Shown: in pieces, positions 27,026 through 37,077 of the stretch
Numbering within the stretch: position 1 is the stretch's first letter
How the letters are laid out: each line of letters starts with the position of its first letter
Source: a virus
UHGV virus genome: UHGV-1992300
Reading direction: 5' to 3' (one strand)
Length of the DNA: 48,818 nucleotides
The notes under the pieces: generated by a model
The model's database searches: none
What the model saw: the letters and a program-made list of their open reading frames with translations, nothing else
Told to the model about the DNA's origin: nothing
Translations under genes and position numbers: made by a program

Positions 27026-28925
27026 TATGATGAGTGCTGTCACAACAGCATTACAGCCCCTGATAAGGGCATTGCCGGTGACGCCAGTTGAATGGGCTGA
27101 TCAAAATTATTATCTGCCTAAAGAATCTTCATATGGTGAGGGAGAATGGAAAACGCTGCCGTTCCAGATCGCCATCATGAACAGCATGGGGAATGATCAG
27201 ATCCGGACTGTTAATCTGATTAAATCTGCCCGTGTTGGCTATACAAAGATGTTGCTGGGGGTGGTCGGGTATTTTATTGAGCATAAATCCCGAAACAGTC
27301 TGCTTTTTCAGCCCACGGATTCTGCCGCTGAAGATTTTATGAAGTCTCACGTGGAGGCGACGATTCGGGATGTGCCATGTCTGAAAGACCTTTCTCCATG
27401 GCTGGGGCGTAAACATCGTGACAATACTCTCACGCTGAAACGCTTTTCATCGGGTGTGGGCTTCTGGTGCCTGGGCGGCGCTGCCGCCAAAAACTACCGT
27501 GAAAAATCCGTGGACGTGGTCTGCTATGACGAACTTTCCTCGTTCGAACCGGATGTCGAAAAAGAGGGTTCGCCAACCCTGCTTGGGGATAAACGTATTG
27601 AGGGCTCTGTATGGCCCAAATCCATTCGCGGCTCGACGCCTAAAATCAAAGGCACCTGCCAGATCGAAAAAGCGGCCAACGAGTCGGCGCATTTCATGCG
27701 TTTTTATGTGCCCTGCCCACACTGTGGGGAGGAGCAGTATCTGAAATTTGGCGATGAATCCACGCCTTTTGGCCTTAAATGGGAGAAGGACAGCCCCGAA
27801 AGCGTTTTCTACCTCTGTGAACATCATGGCTGCGTGATCCATCAGTCTGAGCTTGACCAGAGCAACGGGCGGTGGATCTGTGAAAACACGGGGATGTGGA
27901 CCCGTGACGGTCTGACGTTTTTCAGCGCCGCGGATAATGAAATTCCGCCGCCGCGCTCCATCACGTTCCATATCTGGACAGCGTACAGTCCGTTCACCAC
28001 CTGGGTACAGATTGTCTATGACTGGCTGGATGCACTGAAAGATCCCAACGGCCTGAAAACCTTTGTGAACACCACGCTGGGCGAGACCTGGGAAGAGGCC
28101 GTGGGCGAAAAACTCGATCACCAGGTACTGATGGATAAGGTCGTGCATTACACGGCGGCGGTGCCTGCCCGGGTGGTTTATCTGACGGCGGGCATTGACT
28201 CGCAGCGAAACCGTTTTGAGATGTATGTCTGGGGATGGGCACCGGGAGAGGAAGCTTTTCTGGTGGATAAAATCATCATTATGGGGCGTCCTGATGAGGA
28301 AGAGACGCTGTTACGTGTGGATGCGGCGATCAACAAAAAATACTGCCATGCAGATGGCACCGAAATGACCATTTCCCGTGTCTGCTGGGACACCGGGGGG
28401 ATCGATGGCGAAATTGTCTATCAGAGGTCAAAAAAACACGGTGTTTTCCGGGTGCTGCCGGTAAAAGGTGCATCTGTTTATGGCAAGCCGGTGATCACCA
28501 TGCCAAAAACCCGCAATCAGCGGGGCGTTTATCTGTGTGAAGTGGGGACGGACACCGCAAAAGAAATTCTCTATGCCCGTATGAAAGCCGAGCCCACGCC
28601 TGCGGATGAAGCCACGTCGTATGCCATCCGTTTTCCTGATGATCCGGAGATTTTTTCGCAGACAGAGGCGCAGCAACTGGTCGCGGAAGAGCTTGTGGAG
28701 AAGTGGGAAAAAGGAAAGATGCGTCTGCTGTGGGATAACAAAAAGCGGCGTAACGAAGCGCTGGACTGCCTGGTGTATGCCTACGCGGCATTACGTGTGT
28801 CCGTGCAACGCTGGCAGCTTGATCTGGCTGTACTGGCAAAATCCCGGGAAGAAGAGACGACCCGGCCAACCCTTAAAGAACTGGCAGCGAAGCTGTCCGG
28901 AGGAGTGAATGGTTACAGTCGCTGA
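26997..28925 (+). CDS. A: terminase large subunit (gpA-like)
   Basis: 'MNISEQQ...AVEWADQNYYLPKESSYGEGEWKTLPFQ...' collinear with lambda gpA throughout. Confidence 0.95.
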   Translation: MNISEQQLNNMMSAVTTALQPLIRALPVTPVEWADQNYYLPKESSYGEGEWKTLPFQIAIMNSMGNDQIRTVNLIKSARVGYTKMLLGVVGYFIEHKSRNSLLFQPTDSAAEDFMKSHVEATIRDVPCLKDLSPWLGRKHRDNTLTLKRFSSGVGFWCLGGAAAKNYREKSVDVVCYDELSSFEPDVEKEGSPTLLGDKRIEGSVWPKSIRGSTPKIKGTCQIEKAANESAHFMRFYVPCPHCGEEQYLKFGDESTPFGLKWEKDSPESVFYLCEHHGCVIHQSELDQSNGRWICENTGMWTRDGLTFFSAADNEIPPPRSITFHIWTAYSPFTTWVQIVYDWLDALKDPNGLKTFVNTTLGETWEEAVGEKLDHQVLMDKVVHYTAAVPARVVYLTAGIDSQRNRFEMYVWGWAPGEEAFLVDKIIIMGRPDEEETLLRVDAAINKKYCHADGTEMTISRVCWDTGGIDGEIVYQRSKKHGVFRVLPVKGASVYGKPVITMPKTRNQRGVYLCEVGTDTAKEILYARMKAEPTPADEATSYAIRFPDDPEIFSQTEAQQLVAEELVEKWEKGKMRLLWDNKKRRNEALDCLVYAYAALRVSVQRWQLDLAVLAKSREEETTRPTLKELAAKLSGGVNGYSR

Positions 28926-29115
28926 ACTGCAGGCGCTGCGTCAGGCGCGCCTTGATTTATTAACCGGTAAACGGGTGGTGTCTGTCCAGAAAGATGGTCG
29001 CAGAATTGAATATACGGCGGCTTCTCTGGATGAGCTTAACCGGGCGATCAATGATGCGGAGTCGGTACTGGGGACAACCCGACGTCGCCGTCGTCCGCTG
29101 GGAGTGAGGTTATGA
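28909..29115 (+). CDS. W: head-tail joining protein W
   Basis: 68 aa; 'LTGKRVVSVQKDGRRIEYTAASL' matches lambda gpW. Confidence 0.85.
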   Translation: MVTVAELQALRQARLDLLTGKRVVSVQKDGRRIEYTAASLDELNRAINDAESVLGTTRRRRRPLGVRL

Positions 29116-30704
29116 AACGAACGCCTGTCCTGATTGATGTGAACGGCGTTCCGCTTCGTGAGAGTCTCAGCTACAACGGGGGCGGCGCAGGATTTGGCGG
29201 GCAAATGGCGGAGTGGTTGCCACCGGCGCAGAGTGCCGATGCAGCCCTGCTGCCTGCGTTGCGTCTGGGGAATGCCCGGGCAGATGATCTGGTGCGCAAT
29301 AACGGGATAGCGGCTAATGCGGTGGCCCTGCATAAGGATCATATTGTCGGGCATATGTTTCTGATCAGCTACCGTCCGAACTGGCGCTGGCTGGGGATGC
29401 GGGAGACTGCGGCAAAAAGTTTTGTCGATGAGGTGGAGGCGGCCTGGTCGGAATACGCCGAAGGGATGTTTGGCGAGATCGACATGGAAGGGAAACGCAC
29501 GTTCACGGAATTTATCCGTGAAGGTGTGGGCGTTCATGCGTTTAACGGCGAAATCTTTGTGCAGCCGGTCTGGGATACGGAGAGCACGCAACTGTTTCGT
29601 ACGCGTTTTAAAGCCGTGAGTCCGAAACGGGTGGACACGCCAGGACACGGTATGGGGAACCGTTTTCTGCGGGCCGGTGTGGAGGTCGATCGATATGGTC
29701 GTGCCGTTGCGTACCATATCTGTGAGGATGATTTTCCTCGCTCCGGGAGTGGACGATGGGAACGGATCCCGCGTGAACTTCCCACCGGGCGTCCGGCCAT
29801 GCTGCATATTTTCGAGCCGGTGGAGGACGGGCAGACCCGTGGGGCCAATCAGTTTTACAGCGTAATGGAACGGCTGAAGATGCTCGATTCCCTGCAGGCA
29901 ACACAGCTTCAGTCGGCCATAGTGAAGGCGATGTATGCAGCGACGATTGAAAGTGAACTTGATACCGAAAAGGCCTTTGAATATATCGCCGGTGCGCCGC
30001 AGGGGCAGAAGGATAATCCGCTTATTAATATTCTGGAGAAGTTCTCCACCTGGTATGACACGAATAGCGTGACGCTGGGCGGTGTCAAAATTCCGCACCT
30101 TTTCCCCGGTGATGATCTGAAACTTCAGACCGCGCAGGATTCAGACAATGGATTTTCGGCGCTTGAACAGGCGCTGCTGCGGTATATCGCCGCCGGTCTT
30201 GGCGTTTCCTACGAACAGTTGTCCCGTGATTACTCGAAGGTCAGTTATTCAAGTGCCCGCGCATCCGCCAATGAGTCGTGGCGCTATTTTATGGGGCGGC
30301 GAAAATTTATTGCGTCCCGGCTGGCCACGCAGATGTTTTCCTGCTGGCTGGAAGAGGCACTTCTTCGGGGGATTATTCGTCCGCCACGGGCGCGTTTTGA
30401 TTTTTATCAGGCGCGATCAGCCTGGTCACGGGCTGAGTGGATTGGAGCCGGAAGAATGGCCATTGACGGGCTCAAGGAGGTTCAGGAATCAGTGATGCGC
30501 ATTGAGGCCGGACTGAGCACGTATGAGAAAGAGCTGGCGCTGATGGGCGAGGATTATCAGGACATTTTCCGCCAGCAGGTCAGGGAATCTGCAGAGCGGG
30601 AAAAAGCCGGACTCTCACGTCCGGTGTGGATAGCGCAGGCGTATCAGCAGCAGATAGCGGAGAGTCGCAGGCCGGAAGAGGAGACAACACCACGTGAGAC
30701 GTAA
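29112..30704 (+). CDS. B: portal protein (gpB-like)
   Basis: 530 aa in lambda portal position, coupled to W and C. Confidence 0.9.
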   Translation: MKRTPVLIDVNGVPLRESLSYNGGGAGFGGQMAEWLPPAQSADAALLPALRLGNARADDLVRNNGIAANAVALHKDHIVGHMFLISYRPNWRWLGMRETAAKSFVDEVEAAWSEYAEGMFGEIDMEGKRTFTEFIREGVGVHAFNGEIFVQPVWDTESTQLFRTRFKAVSPKRVDTPGHGMGNRFLRAGVEVDRYGRAVAYHICEDDFPRSGSGRWERIPRELPTGRPAMLHIFEPVEDGQTRGANQFYSVMERLKMLDSLQATQLQSAIVKAMYAATIESELDTEKAFEYIAGAPQGQKDNPLINILEKFSTWYDTNSVTLGGVKIPHLFPGDDLKLQTAQDSDNGFSALEQALLRYIAAGLGVSYEQLSRDYSKVSYSSARASANESWRYFMGRRKFIASRLATQMFSCWLEEALLRGIIRPPRARFDFYQARSAWSRAEWIGAGRMAIDGLKEVQESVMRIEAGLSTYEKELALMGEDYQDIFRQQVRESAEREKAGLSRPVWIAQAYQQQIAESRRPEEETTPRET

Positions 30705-32199
30705 TCTTTCACACATTATTGCCGCAGCATTCAATGAACCGCTGCTTCTGGAGCCCGCCTATGCGCGGGTTTTCTTTTGCGCGCTCGGGCGCGAGATGGG
30801 GGCAGCAAGTCTTTCGGTACCGCAACAGCAGGTACAGCTTGATGCTCCCGGGATGCTGGCTGAAACGGACGAGTACATGGCCGGAGGTAAACGACCGGCC
30901 CGTGTTTACCGGGTGGTGAACGGTATTGCGGTACTGCCGGTGACCGGCACGCTGGTGCACCGGCTGGGGGGGATGCGGCCATTTTCCGGAATGACTGGCT
31001 ATGACGGCATTGTCGCCTGTCTTCAGCAGGCAATGGCAGATAGCCAGGTGCGGGGCATACTGCTGGACATTGACAGTCCGGGCGGGCAGGCCGCCGGCGC
31101 GTTTGACTGCGCTGACATGATTTACCGCCTCCGGCAGCAGAAGCCGGTCTGGGCACTGTGTAATGACACGGCCTGTTCTGCAGCCATGCTGCTGGCGTCG
31201 GCCTGCTCCCGACGGCTGGTTACCCAGACATCCCGTATCGGCTCCATTGGCGTGATGATGAGCCATGTCAGCTATGCCGGTCATCTGGCGCAGGCCGGTG
31301 TGGATATCACGCTGATTTACTCAGGAGCGCACAAGGTGGATGGCAATCAGTTTGAAGCGTTGCCGGCAGAGGTTCGCCAGGACATGCAGCAGCGGATTGA
31401 TGCGGCGCGCCGGATGTTTGCCGAAAAAGTGGCGATGTATACCGGTCTGTCTGTTGATGCGGTCACGGGAACAGAGGCTGCCGTTTTTGAAGGTCAGTCC
31501 GGCATTGAGGCCGGGCTGGCGGATGAATTAATCAATGCGTCGGATGCCATCAGTGTGATGGCCACGGCGCTGAACAGTAATGTCAGAGGAGGCACTATGC
31601 CGCAATTAACTGCAACGGAAGCCGCCGTGCAGGAGAACCAGCGAGTGATGGGGATCCTGACATGCCAGGAAGCGAAAGGACGTGAACAGCTTGCCACGAT
31701 GCTGGCAGGGCAACAGGGCATGAGCGTTGAACAGGCCCGGGCGATTCTGGCCGCGGCGGCACCGCAGCAGCCGGTGGCATCCGCACAGAGTGAAGCCGAT
31801 CGCATTATGGCGTGTGAAGAAGCGAACGGTCGTGAACAACTGGCGGCAACGCTGGCGGCGATGCCGGAGATGACGGTGGAAAAAGCCCGCCCGATCCTGG
31901 CTGCTTCACCGCAGGCGAATGCCGGACCATCACTCCGTGATCAGATCATGGCACTGGATGAGGCAAAAGGGGCTGAGGCGCAGGCTGAACAGCTGGCTGC
32001 CTGCCCGGGAATGACTGTGGAGAGCGCCCGGGCTGTGCTGGCTGCGGGATCAGGTAAGGCAGAACCGGTCTCTGCATCCACAACCGCCCTGTTTGAACAT
32101 TTCATGGCGAACCATTCACCGGCTGCGGTCCAGGGGGGCGTGTCACAGGCGTCAGAAGACGGTGATGCGGACGTGAAAATGCTCATGGCCATGCCATGA
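30694..32199 (+). CDS. C: head maturation protease / scaffold (gpC with nested Nu3-like C-terminal region)
   Basis: S49/ClpP-like N-terminal domain; C-terminal three ~37-aa repeats (EAKGREQLA...VEQARAILAA). Confidence 0.9.
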   Translation: MRRNLSHIIAAAFNEPLLLEPAYARVFFCALGREMGAASLSVPQQQVQLDAPGMLAETDEYMAGGKRPARVYRVVNGIAVLPVTGTLVHRLGGMRPFSGMTGYDGIVACLQQAMADSQVRGILLDIDSPGGQAAGAFDCADMIYRLRQQKPVWALCNDTACSAAMLLASACSRRLVTQTSRIGSIGVMMSHVSYAGHLAQAGVDITLIYSGAHKVDGNQFEALPAEVRQDMQQRIDAARRMFAEKVAMYTGLSVDAVTGTEAAVFEGQSGIEAGLADELINASDAISVMATALNSNVRGGTMPQLTATEAAVQENQRVMGILTCQEAKGREQLATMLAGQQGMSVEQARAILAAAAPQQPVASAQSEADRIMACEEANGREQLAATLAAMPEMTVEKARPILAASPQANAGPSLRDQIMALDEAKGAEAQAEQLAACPGMTVESARAVLAAGSGKAEPVSASTTALFEHFMANHSPAAVQGGVSQASEDGDADVKMLMAMP

Positions 32200-32235
32200 A
32201 GTCAGTGCTGAACATCAATACGAGGTTTTAACAAT

Positions 32236-32583
32236 ATGGTGACGAAAACCATCACTGAACAGCGTGCGGAAGTACGTATTTTTGCCGGTAATGATCCGGC
32301 TCACACCGCCACAGGCAGCAGCGGGATTTCCTCGGCAACACCGGCACTGACACCCCTGATGCTGGATGGGGCCACCGGGAAACTGGTGGTCTGGGACGGA
32401 CAGAAAGCCGGTAGTGCGGTTGGCATACTGGTACTGCCGCTTGAAGGCACAGAGGAGGTGCTGACCTATTACAAGTCGGGGACCTTTGCGACGGAGGCAA
32501 TCCGCTGGCCTGAAAGTGTGGATGAACACAAAAAGGCCAACGCCTTTACCGGCAGTGCCCTGAGTCACGCGGCGCTGCCGTAA
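32236..32583 (+). CDS. D: head decoration protein D
   Basis: 'DPAHTAT...TPLMLD...KLVVWDG...VGIL...YYKSGTF' matches lambda gpD. Confidence 0.9.
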   Translation: MVTKTITEQRAEVRIFAGNDPAHTATGSSGISSATPALTPLMLDGATGKLVVWDGQKAGSAVGILVLPLEGTEEVLTYYKSGTFATEAIRWPESVDEHKKANAFTGSALSHAALP

Positions 32584-32640
32584 CACGTTATCAGGCCACC
32601 GCGTTGGCCTGACTGATTTCTTAATGAAAGGAACTGATTT

Positions 32641-33669
32641 ATGGGATTGTTTACGACCCGCCAGTTACTCGGTTATACCGAACAAAAAGTTAAATTCCGT
32701 GCGCTGTTTCTGGAGCTGTTTTTCCGCCGTACGGTGAATTTCCACACCGAAGAGGTGATGCTGGACAAAATTACCGGAAAAACGCCGGTGGCGGCCTATG
32801 TCTCCCCGATCGTTGAAGGAAAAGTGCTTCGCCATCGCGGTGGTGAAACCCGCGTGTTACGTCCGGGCTACGTCAAGCCCAAACACGAATTTAATTACCA
32901 GCAGGCGGTTGAGCGCCTTCCTGGTGAAGATCCGGCTCAGCTGAACGACCCGGCCTACCGTCGTCTGCGTATCATTACCGATAACCTCAAACAGGAAGAG
33001 CACGCCATTGTCCAGGTGGAAGAAATGCAGGCGGTGAATGCCGTGCTGTATGGCAAATACACCATGGAAGGGGATCAGTTTGATACTGTCGAGGTGGATT
33101 TCGGGCGCTCTGAAGGAAATAACATTGAGCAGGCTGACGGTAAAAAATGGTCTGAGCAGGACCGTGATACGTTTGATCCGACGCATGATATTGACCTCTA
33201 CTGCGATCAGGCCAGCGGCCTTGTGAATATCGCCATTATGGACGGTACGGTCTGGCGTCTGCTGAATGGCTTTAAGCTGTTCCGCGAAAAACTGGATACC
33301 CGTCGCGGCTCAAATTCACAACTCGAAACGGCAGTGAAAGACCTGGGGGCGGTGGTGTCCTTCAAGGGGTATTACGGCGATCTGGCCATTGTGGTGGCGA
33401 AAACGTCTTATGTGGCAGAAGACGGTACCGAAAAACGTTATCTGCCGGAGGGCACACTGGTCCTGGGGAATACGGCAGCAGAGGGCATTCGTTGCTATGG
33501 TGCCATTCAGGATGCGCAGGCGTTGTCCGAAGGTGTGGTGGCCTCTTCCCGTTACCCGAAACACTGGCTGACCGTGGGCGATCCGGCCCGTGAATTCACC
33601 ATGACGCAGTCCGCACCGCTGATGGTGCTGCCGGATCCGGATGAGTTTGTGGTGGTACAGGTGAAATAA
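32641..33669 (+). CDS. E: major capsid protein E
   Basis: 342 aa collinear with lambda gpE ('YVSPIV', 'PGYVKPKHE', 'KLDTRRGSNS', 'GDPAREFTM'). Confidence 0.95.
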   Translation: MGLFTTRQLLGYTEQKVKFRALFLELFFRRTVNFHTEEVMLDKITGKTPVAAYVSPIVEGKVLRHRGGETRVLRPGYVKPKHEFNYQQAVERLPGEDPAQLNDPAYRRLRIITDNLKQEEHAIVQVEEMQAVNAVLYGKYTMEGDQFDTVEVDFGRSEGNNIEQADGKKWSEQDRDTFDPTHDIDLYCDQASGLVNIAIMDGTVWRLLNGFKLFREKLDTRRGSNSQLETAVKDLGAVVSFKGYYGDLAIVVAKTSYVAEDGTEKRYLPEGTLVLGNTAAEGIRCYGAIQDAQALSEGVVASSRYPKHWLTVGDPAREFTMTQSAPLMVLPDPDEFVVVQVK

Positions 33670-33720
33670 TCCGTGAGCGGGGGCGAAATGCCCCCGTGTC
33701 TTTTTTCACAGGAGGCTGAG

Positions 33721-34104
33721 ATGGCAACAAAAGAAGAAAATCTGAATCGTCTTCGTCAACTGGCTGGCCTGCTGGGGCGCGAGGCGGATATGTCGGGGAG
33801 TGCTGCGGATATTGCTCAACGTGTGTCTGAGTGGGAAGAGGAGCTTGCTGTTTCCCCGGAGGGCATTATGCACTCTGATGAGAGCGGGGCTGATCAAAAT
33901 CACACAGACGATGGTGAGCAGTTGAACAACACGGATGCTCCGGATGATGTTAAAGCCGTCCGGGTACGGAAGTGCCTGCAAGTAATGGGGTATTGCCCGG
34001 AGACAGGCCGTCCCGTTGAACTGACGTACCGGGGTATGCGTGTTCTGGTGCCATCATCACTGGCAACGGCCATGATACAGCACGGAACGGCTGAATATGC
34101 GTGA
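33721..34104 (+). CDS. FI: DNA packaging protein FI-like
   Basis: Start 'MATKEENLNRLRQL' after AGGAGG; lies between E and FII as in lambda. Confidence 0.65.
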   Translation: MATKEENLNRLRQLAGLLGREADMSGSAADIAQRVSEWEEELAVSPEGIMHSDESGADQNHTDDGEQLNNTDAPDDVKAVRVRKCLQVMGYCPETGRPVELTYRGMRVLVPSSLATAMIQHGTAEYA

Positions 34105-34450
34105 TTTTCAGAATGCCTTTGATGCTGCCCTCGCCGGGGTGGACAGTACGATCGTTGAAGTGATGGGGATCCGTGCGCAGTTCACCTCCGGAGCACAACG
34201 TGGCGGCGAAGTTCAGGGGGTTTTTGACGATCCGGAGTCGCTGGGTTTTGCCGGTGGCGGGGTCCGTATTGAAGGAAGCAGCCCGTCATTATTTGTGCGG
34301 ACGGATACGGTGCGTGCCGTGCGGCGTGGTGACACGCTGACCATTAACGGCGAGATGTTCTGGGTGGATCGTGTTTCTCCGGATGACGGGGGAAGCTGTT
34401 ATCTCTGGCTCAACCGTGGGCAACCACCCGCTGTTAACCGGCGACGATAA
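34097..34450 (+). CDS. FII: head completion protein FII
   Basis: 'GVFDDPESLGFAGGGVRIEGSSPSLFVRTD...FWVDRVSPDDGGSCYLWL' matches lambda FII. Confidence 0.9.
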   Translation: MRDFQNAFDAALAGVDSTIVEVMGIRAQFTSGAQRGGEVQGVFDDPESLGFAGGGVRIEGSSPSLFVRTDTVRAVRRGDTLTINGEMFWVDRVSPDDGGSCYLWLNRGQPPAVNRRR

Positions 34451-34465
34451 ACGCAGGGTGAAATT

Positions 34466-35041
34466 ATGGCGATAAAAGGGCTTGATCAGGCGATTGATAA
34501 TCTGAGCCGGGTTCGTAAAAACGCCATTCCGGCGGCTTCAGCAATGACGATTAACCGCGTGGCCACAACGGCGATTAATCAGTCTTCATCACAGGTTGCC
34601 CGGGAGACAAAGGTACGCCGGAAACTGGTTAAGGAACGGTCCAGACTGAAACGGGCCACGGTCAGAAATCCGAATGCAAAAATTATCGTTAACCGCGGTG
34701 ATCTCCCTGTGATTAAGCTGGGGATCAGAATGCTGGGGCGTCGTCCGGACAGCATACTCAAAGCCGGTCAGCATCGTTATCAGCGGGCATTTATCCAGCG
34801 ATTAAATAATGGGCGCTGGCATGTTATGCAACGTCTTCCTCAGGCCAGATATGAGGAGGGCAATGACGACAAGGGAAGGAAAAAGCGTAATCGCCTTCCC
34901 ATTCAGGTGGTGAAAATCCCGATGGCGGCCCCACTGAAACAGGCATTTGATGAGAATGTTGACCGTATCCGGCGTGAACGCCTGCCTAAAGAACTGGCAT
35001 ACGCGCTGAAACAACAACTGAGGATTGCGATAAAACGATGA
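34466..35041 (+). CDS. Z: tail completion protein Z
   Basis: 191 aa in lambda Z position with similar sequence. Confidence 0.85.
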   Translation: MAIKGLDQAIDNLSRVRKNAIPAASAMTINRVATTAINQSSSQVARETKVRRKLVKERSRLKRATVRNPNAKIIVNRGDLPVIKLGIRMLGRRPDSILKAGQHRYQRAFIQRLNNGRWHVMQRLPQARYEEGNDDKGRKKRNRLPIQVVKIPMAAPLKQAFDENVDRIRRERLPKELAYALKQQLRIAIKR

Positions 35042-35433
35042 AACACACTGACATTCGTGCCGCAGTGCTGGATGCACTCGAGCAGCATGAACACGGGGCG
35101 ACGCTGTTTGATGGTCGCCCCGTTGTTTTTGACGAAGAGGATTTTCCTGCGATCGCGGTTTATCTGACGGATGCAGAGTATACCGGTGAAGAGCTGGATG
35201 CAGATACCTGGCGGGCCACGCTGCATATTGAGGTGTTTTTACCGGCACAGGTACCGGATTCAGAGCTTGATCAGTGGATGGAAAGCCGGATTTACCCGGC
35301 GATGACCGCGATCCCGGCACTGGCAGGACTGATTACCACGATGGTTACGCAGGGCTATGAGTATCGTCGTGATGACGATATGGCGTTATGGAGTTCTGCA
35401 GATCTGACTTATTCCATTACATACGAGATGTGA
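35038..35433 (+). CDS. U: tail terminator protein U
   Basis: '[18 protein letters not shown]...[17 protein letters not shown]' near-identical to lambda U. Confidence 0.9.
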   Translation: MKHTDIRAAVLDALEQHEHGATLFDGRPVVFDEEDFPAIAVYLTDAEYTGEELDADTWRATLHIEVFLPAQVPDSELDQWMESRIYPAMTAIPALAGLITTMVTQGYEYRRDDDMALWSSADLTYSITYEM

Positions 35434-35440
35434 GGACGAT

Positions 35441-36187
35441 ATGGCAACACCAAATCCCCTTGAGCCGGTAAAAGGTGCCGGTACCACTCTGTGGGTTTAC
35501 AACGGCAAGGCTGATGCTTACGCAAACCCGTTGTCAGACGATGGCTGGCAGCGACTGGCTAAGGTGAAGGATCTGACGCCGGGCGAGATGACGGCTGAAC
35601 CCTACGATGATAACTACCTGGATGATGAAGACGCGGACTGGACCGCGACCGGGCAGGGACAGAAATCTGCAGGTGATACCAGTTTTACGCTGGCCTGGAA
35701 ACCGGGAGAGGAAGGCCAGAAAGGGCTTATAGGCTGGTTTGAAAGCGGCGATGTCCGGGCCTATAAAATCCGTTTTCCGAATGGCACGGTGGATGTGTTT
35801 CGTGGCTGGGTCAGCAGTATCGGTAAGGCCGTGACGGCGAAAGAAGTGATCACCCGCACGGTGAAAGTCACTAACGTGGGTAAACCTTCTGTAGCGGAAG
35901 AACGCAGCAAAATTACGCCGGTCACTGCGATTAAGGTAACGCCGACAGGTACGGTTGAAAAAGGGAAAACAACCACCCTGACCGTTACTGTGGAACCGGA
36001 AAATGCAACGGATAAGACATTCAGGGCGATTTCCGCCGATCCATCAAAAGCCACCATTAGCGTGAAAGATATGACGATTACTGTGACGGGGGTTAAGGAT
36101 GGAAAAGTCAGCATCCCTGTGATTTCCGGTAATGGTCAGTTTGCTGCGGTGGCTGAAATTACCGTTAATAATGTGCCGGGTGGCTAA
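35441..36187 (+). CDS. V: major tail tube protein V (with C-terminal Ig-like domain)
   Basis: 248 aa in lambda V position; C-terminal Big_2-like segment. Confidence 0.9.
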   Translation: MATPNPLEPVKGAGTTLWVYNGKADAYANPLSDDGWQRLAKVKDLTPGEMTAEPYDDNYLDDEDADWTATGQGQKSAGDTSFTLAWKPGEEGQKGLIGWFESGDVRAYKIRFPNGTVDVFRGWVSSIGKAVTAKEVITRTVKVTNVGKPSVAEERSKITPVTAIKVTPTGTVEKGKTTTLTVTVEPENATDKTFRAISADPSKATISVKDMTITVTGVKDGKVSIPVISGNGQFAAVAEITVNNVPGG

Positions 36188-36205
36188 AGAGCTGAGAGAT
36201 AAGCG

Positions 36206-36637
36206 ATGTTCCTGAAAACAGAACAATTTGAATATAACGGTGTATCCGTCACGCTTTCTGAGCTGTCTGCGCTGCAGCGTATTGAGCATCTTGCCCTCCT
36301 GAAACGGCGGGCAGAAGAGGCTGAAGCCAGCGGCAACCTGCAGGTGAGTGTGGAAGATCTTGTCAGAACCGGCGCGTTTCTGGTGGCGATGTCCCTGTGG
36401 CATAACCATCCACAGAAAACGCAGTCACCGTCAATGAATGAGGCCGTGATGAAGATAGAGCAGGAAGTGCTCACCACCTGGCCTGCAGATGCCATTGCCC
36501 GGGCGGAAGACGTGGTGTTGTGCCTGTCCGGGATGATCGAAGCTGTTCGTCCGGATACTGATATTACTGAAGTGGCGAAAAATAACACGCTGACTGATGA
36601 TGATTTTTCTGCGGGAAAGTCTTCGACGGCGAGCTGA
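36206..36637 (+). CDS. G: tail assembly chaperone G
   Basis: 143 aa; slippery GGGAAAG at 36613-36619 near its 3' end. Confidence 0.85.
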   Translation: MFLKTEQFEYNGVSVTLSELSALQRIEHLALLKRRAEEAEASGNLQVSVEDLVRTGAFLVAMSLWHNHPQKTQSPSMNEAVMKIEQEVLTTWPADAIARAEDVVLCLSGMIEAVRPDTDITEVAKNNTLTDDDFSAGKSSTAS

Positions 36638-37077
36638 ACTTTGCCCTCAGACTGGCGCGTGAGATGGGGAGACCCGACTGGCGCGCCATGCTTGCCGGGA
36701 TGACATCCACCGAATATGCCGACTGGCACCGTTTTTACCGCACGCATTATTTTCAGGATACCCAGCTGGATATGCATTTTTCCGGGCTGACGTACGCTGT
36801 ACTCAGCCTGTTTTTTTGCGATCCGGATATGCATCCCTCTGATTTCAGTCTGCTTGTCCCCCGGCATGAGGAAGAGCAGGTGGAGAGGCCGGATGAGGAC
36901 AAAATGCTGATGCAGAAAGCGGCAGGACTTGCCGGAGGCGTCCGGTTCGGTGGGGACGGAGGGCGCGATATTTTATCGTCTGCGGATGTGGCGGATGTCA
37001 TGGTGGATGATGCCGCATTAATGATGGCTTCAGCGGGGATTCCGGGAGGTGTGAGATATGTCCCAGCCGGTTGGTGA
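36206..37077 (+). CDS. tail assembly chaperone G-T fusion (-1 programmed frameshift)
   Basis: The T frame (36664-37077) is open in the -1 frame relative to G; the lambda-type slippery heptamer GGGAAAG is present at 36613-36619. Confidence 0.7.

Noticed and set aside
28941-30098. 385-aa minus-strand ORF
   Set aside because: Antisense to the portal gene in a GC-rich region; the lambda-like portal on the plus strand explains the interval.
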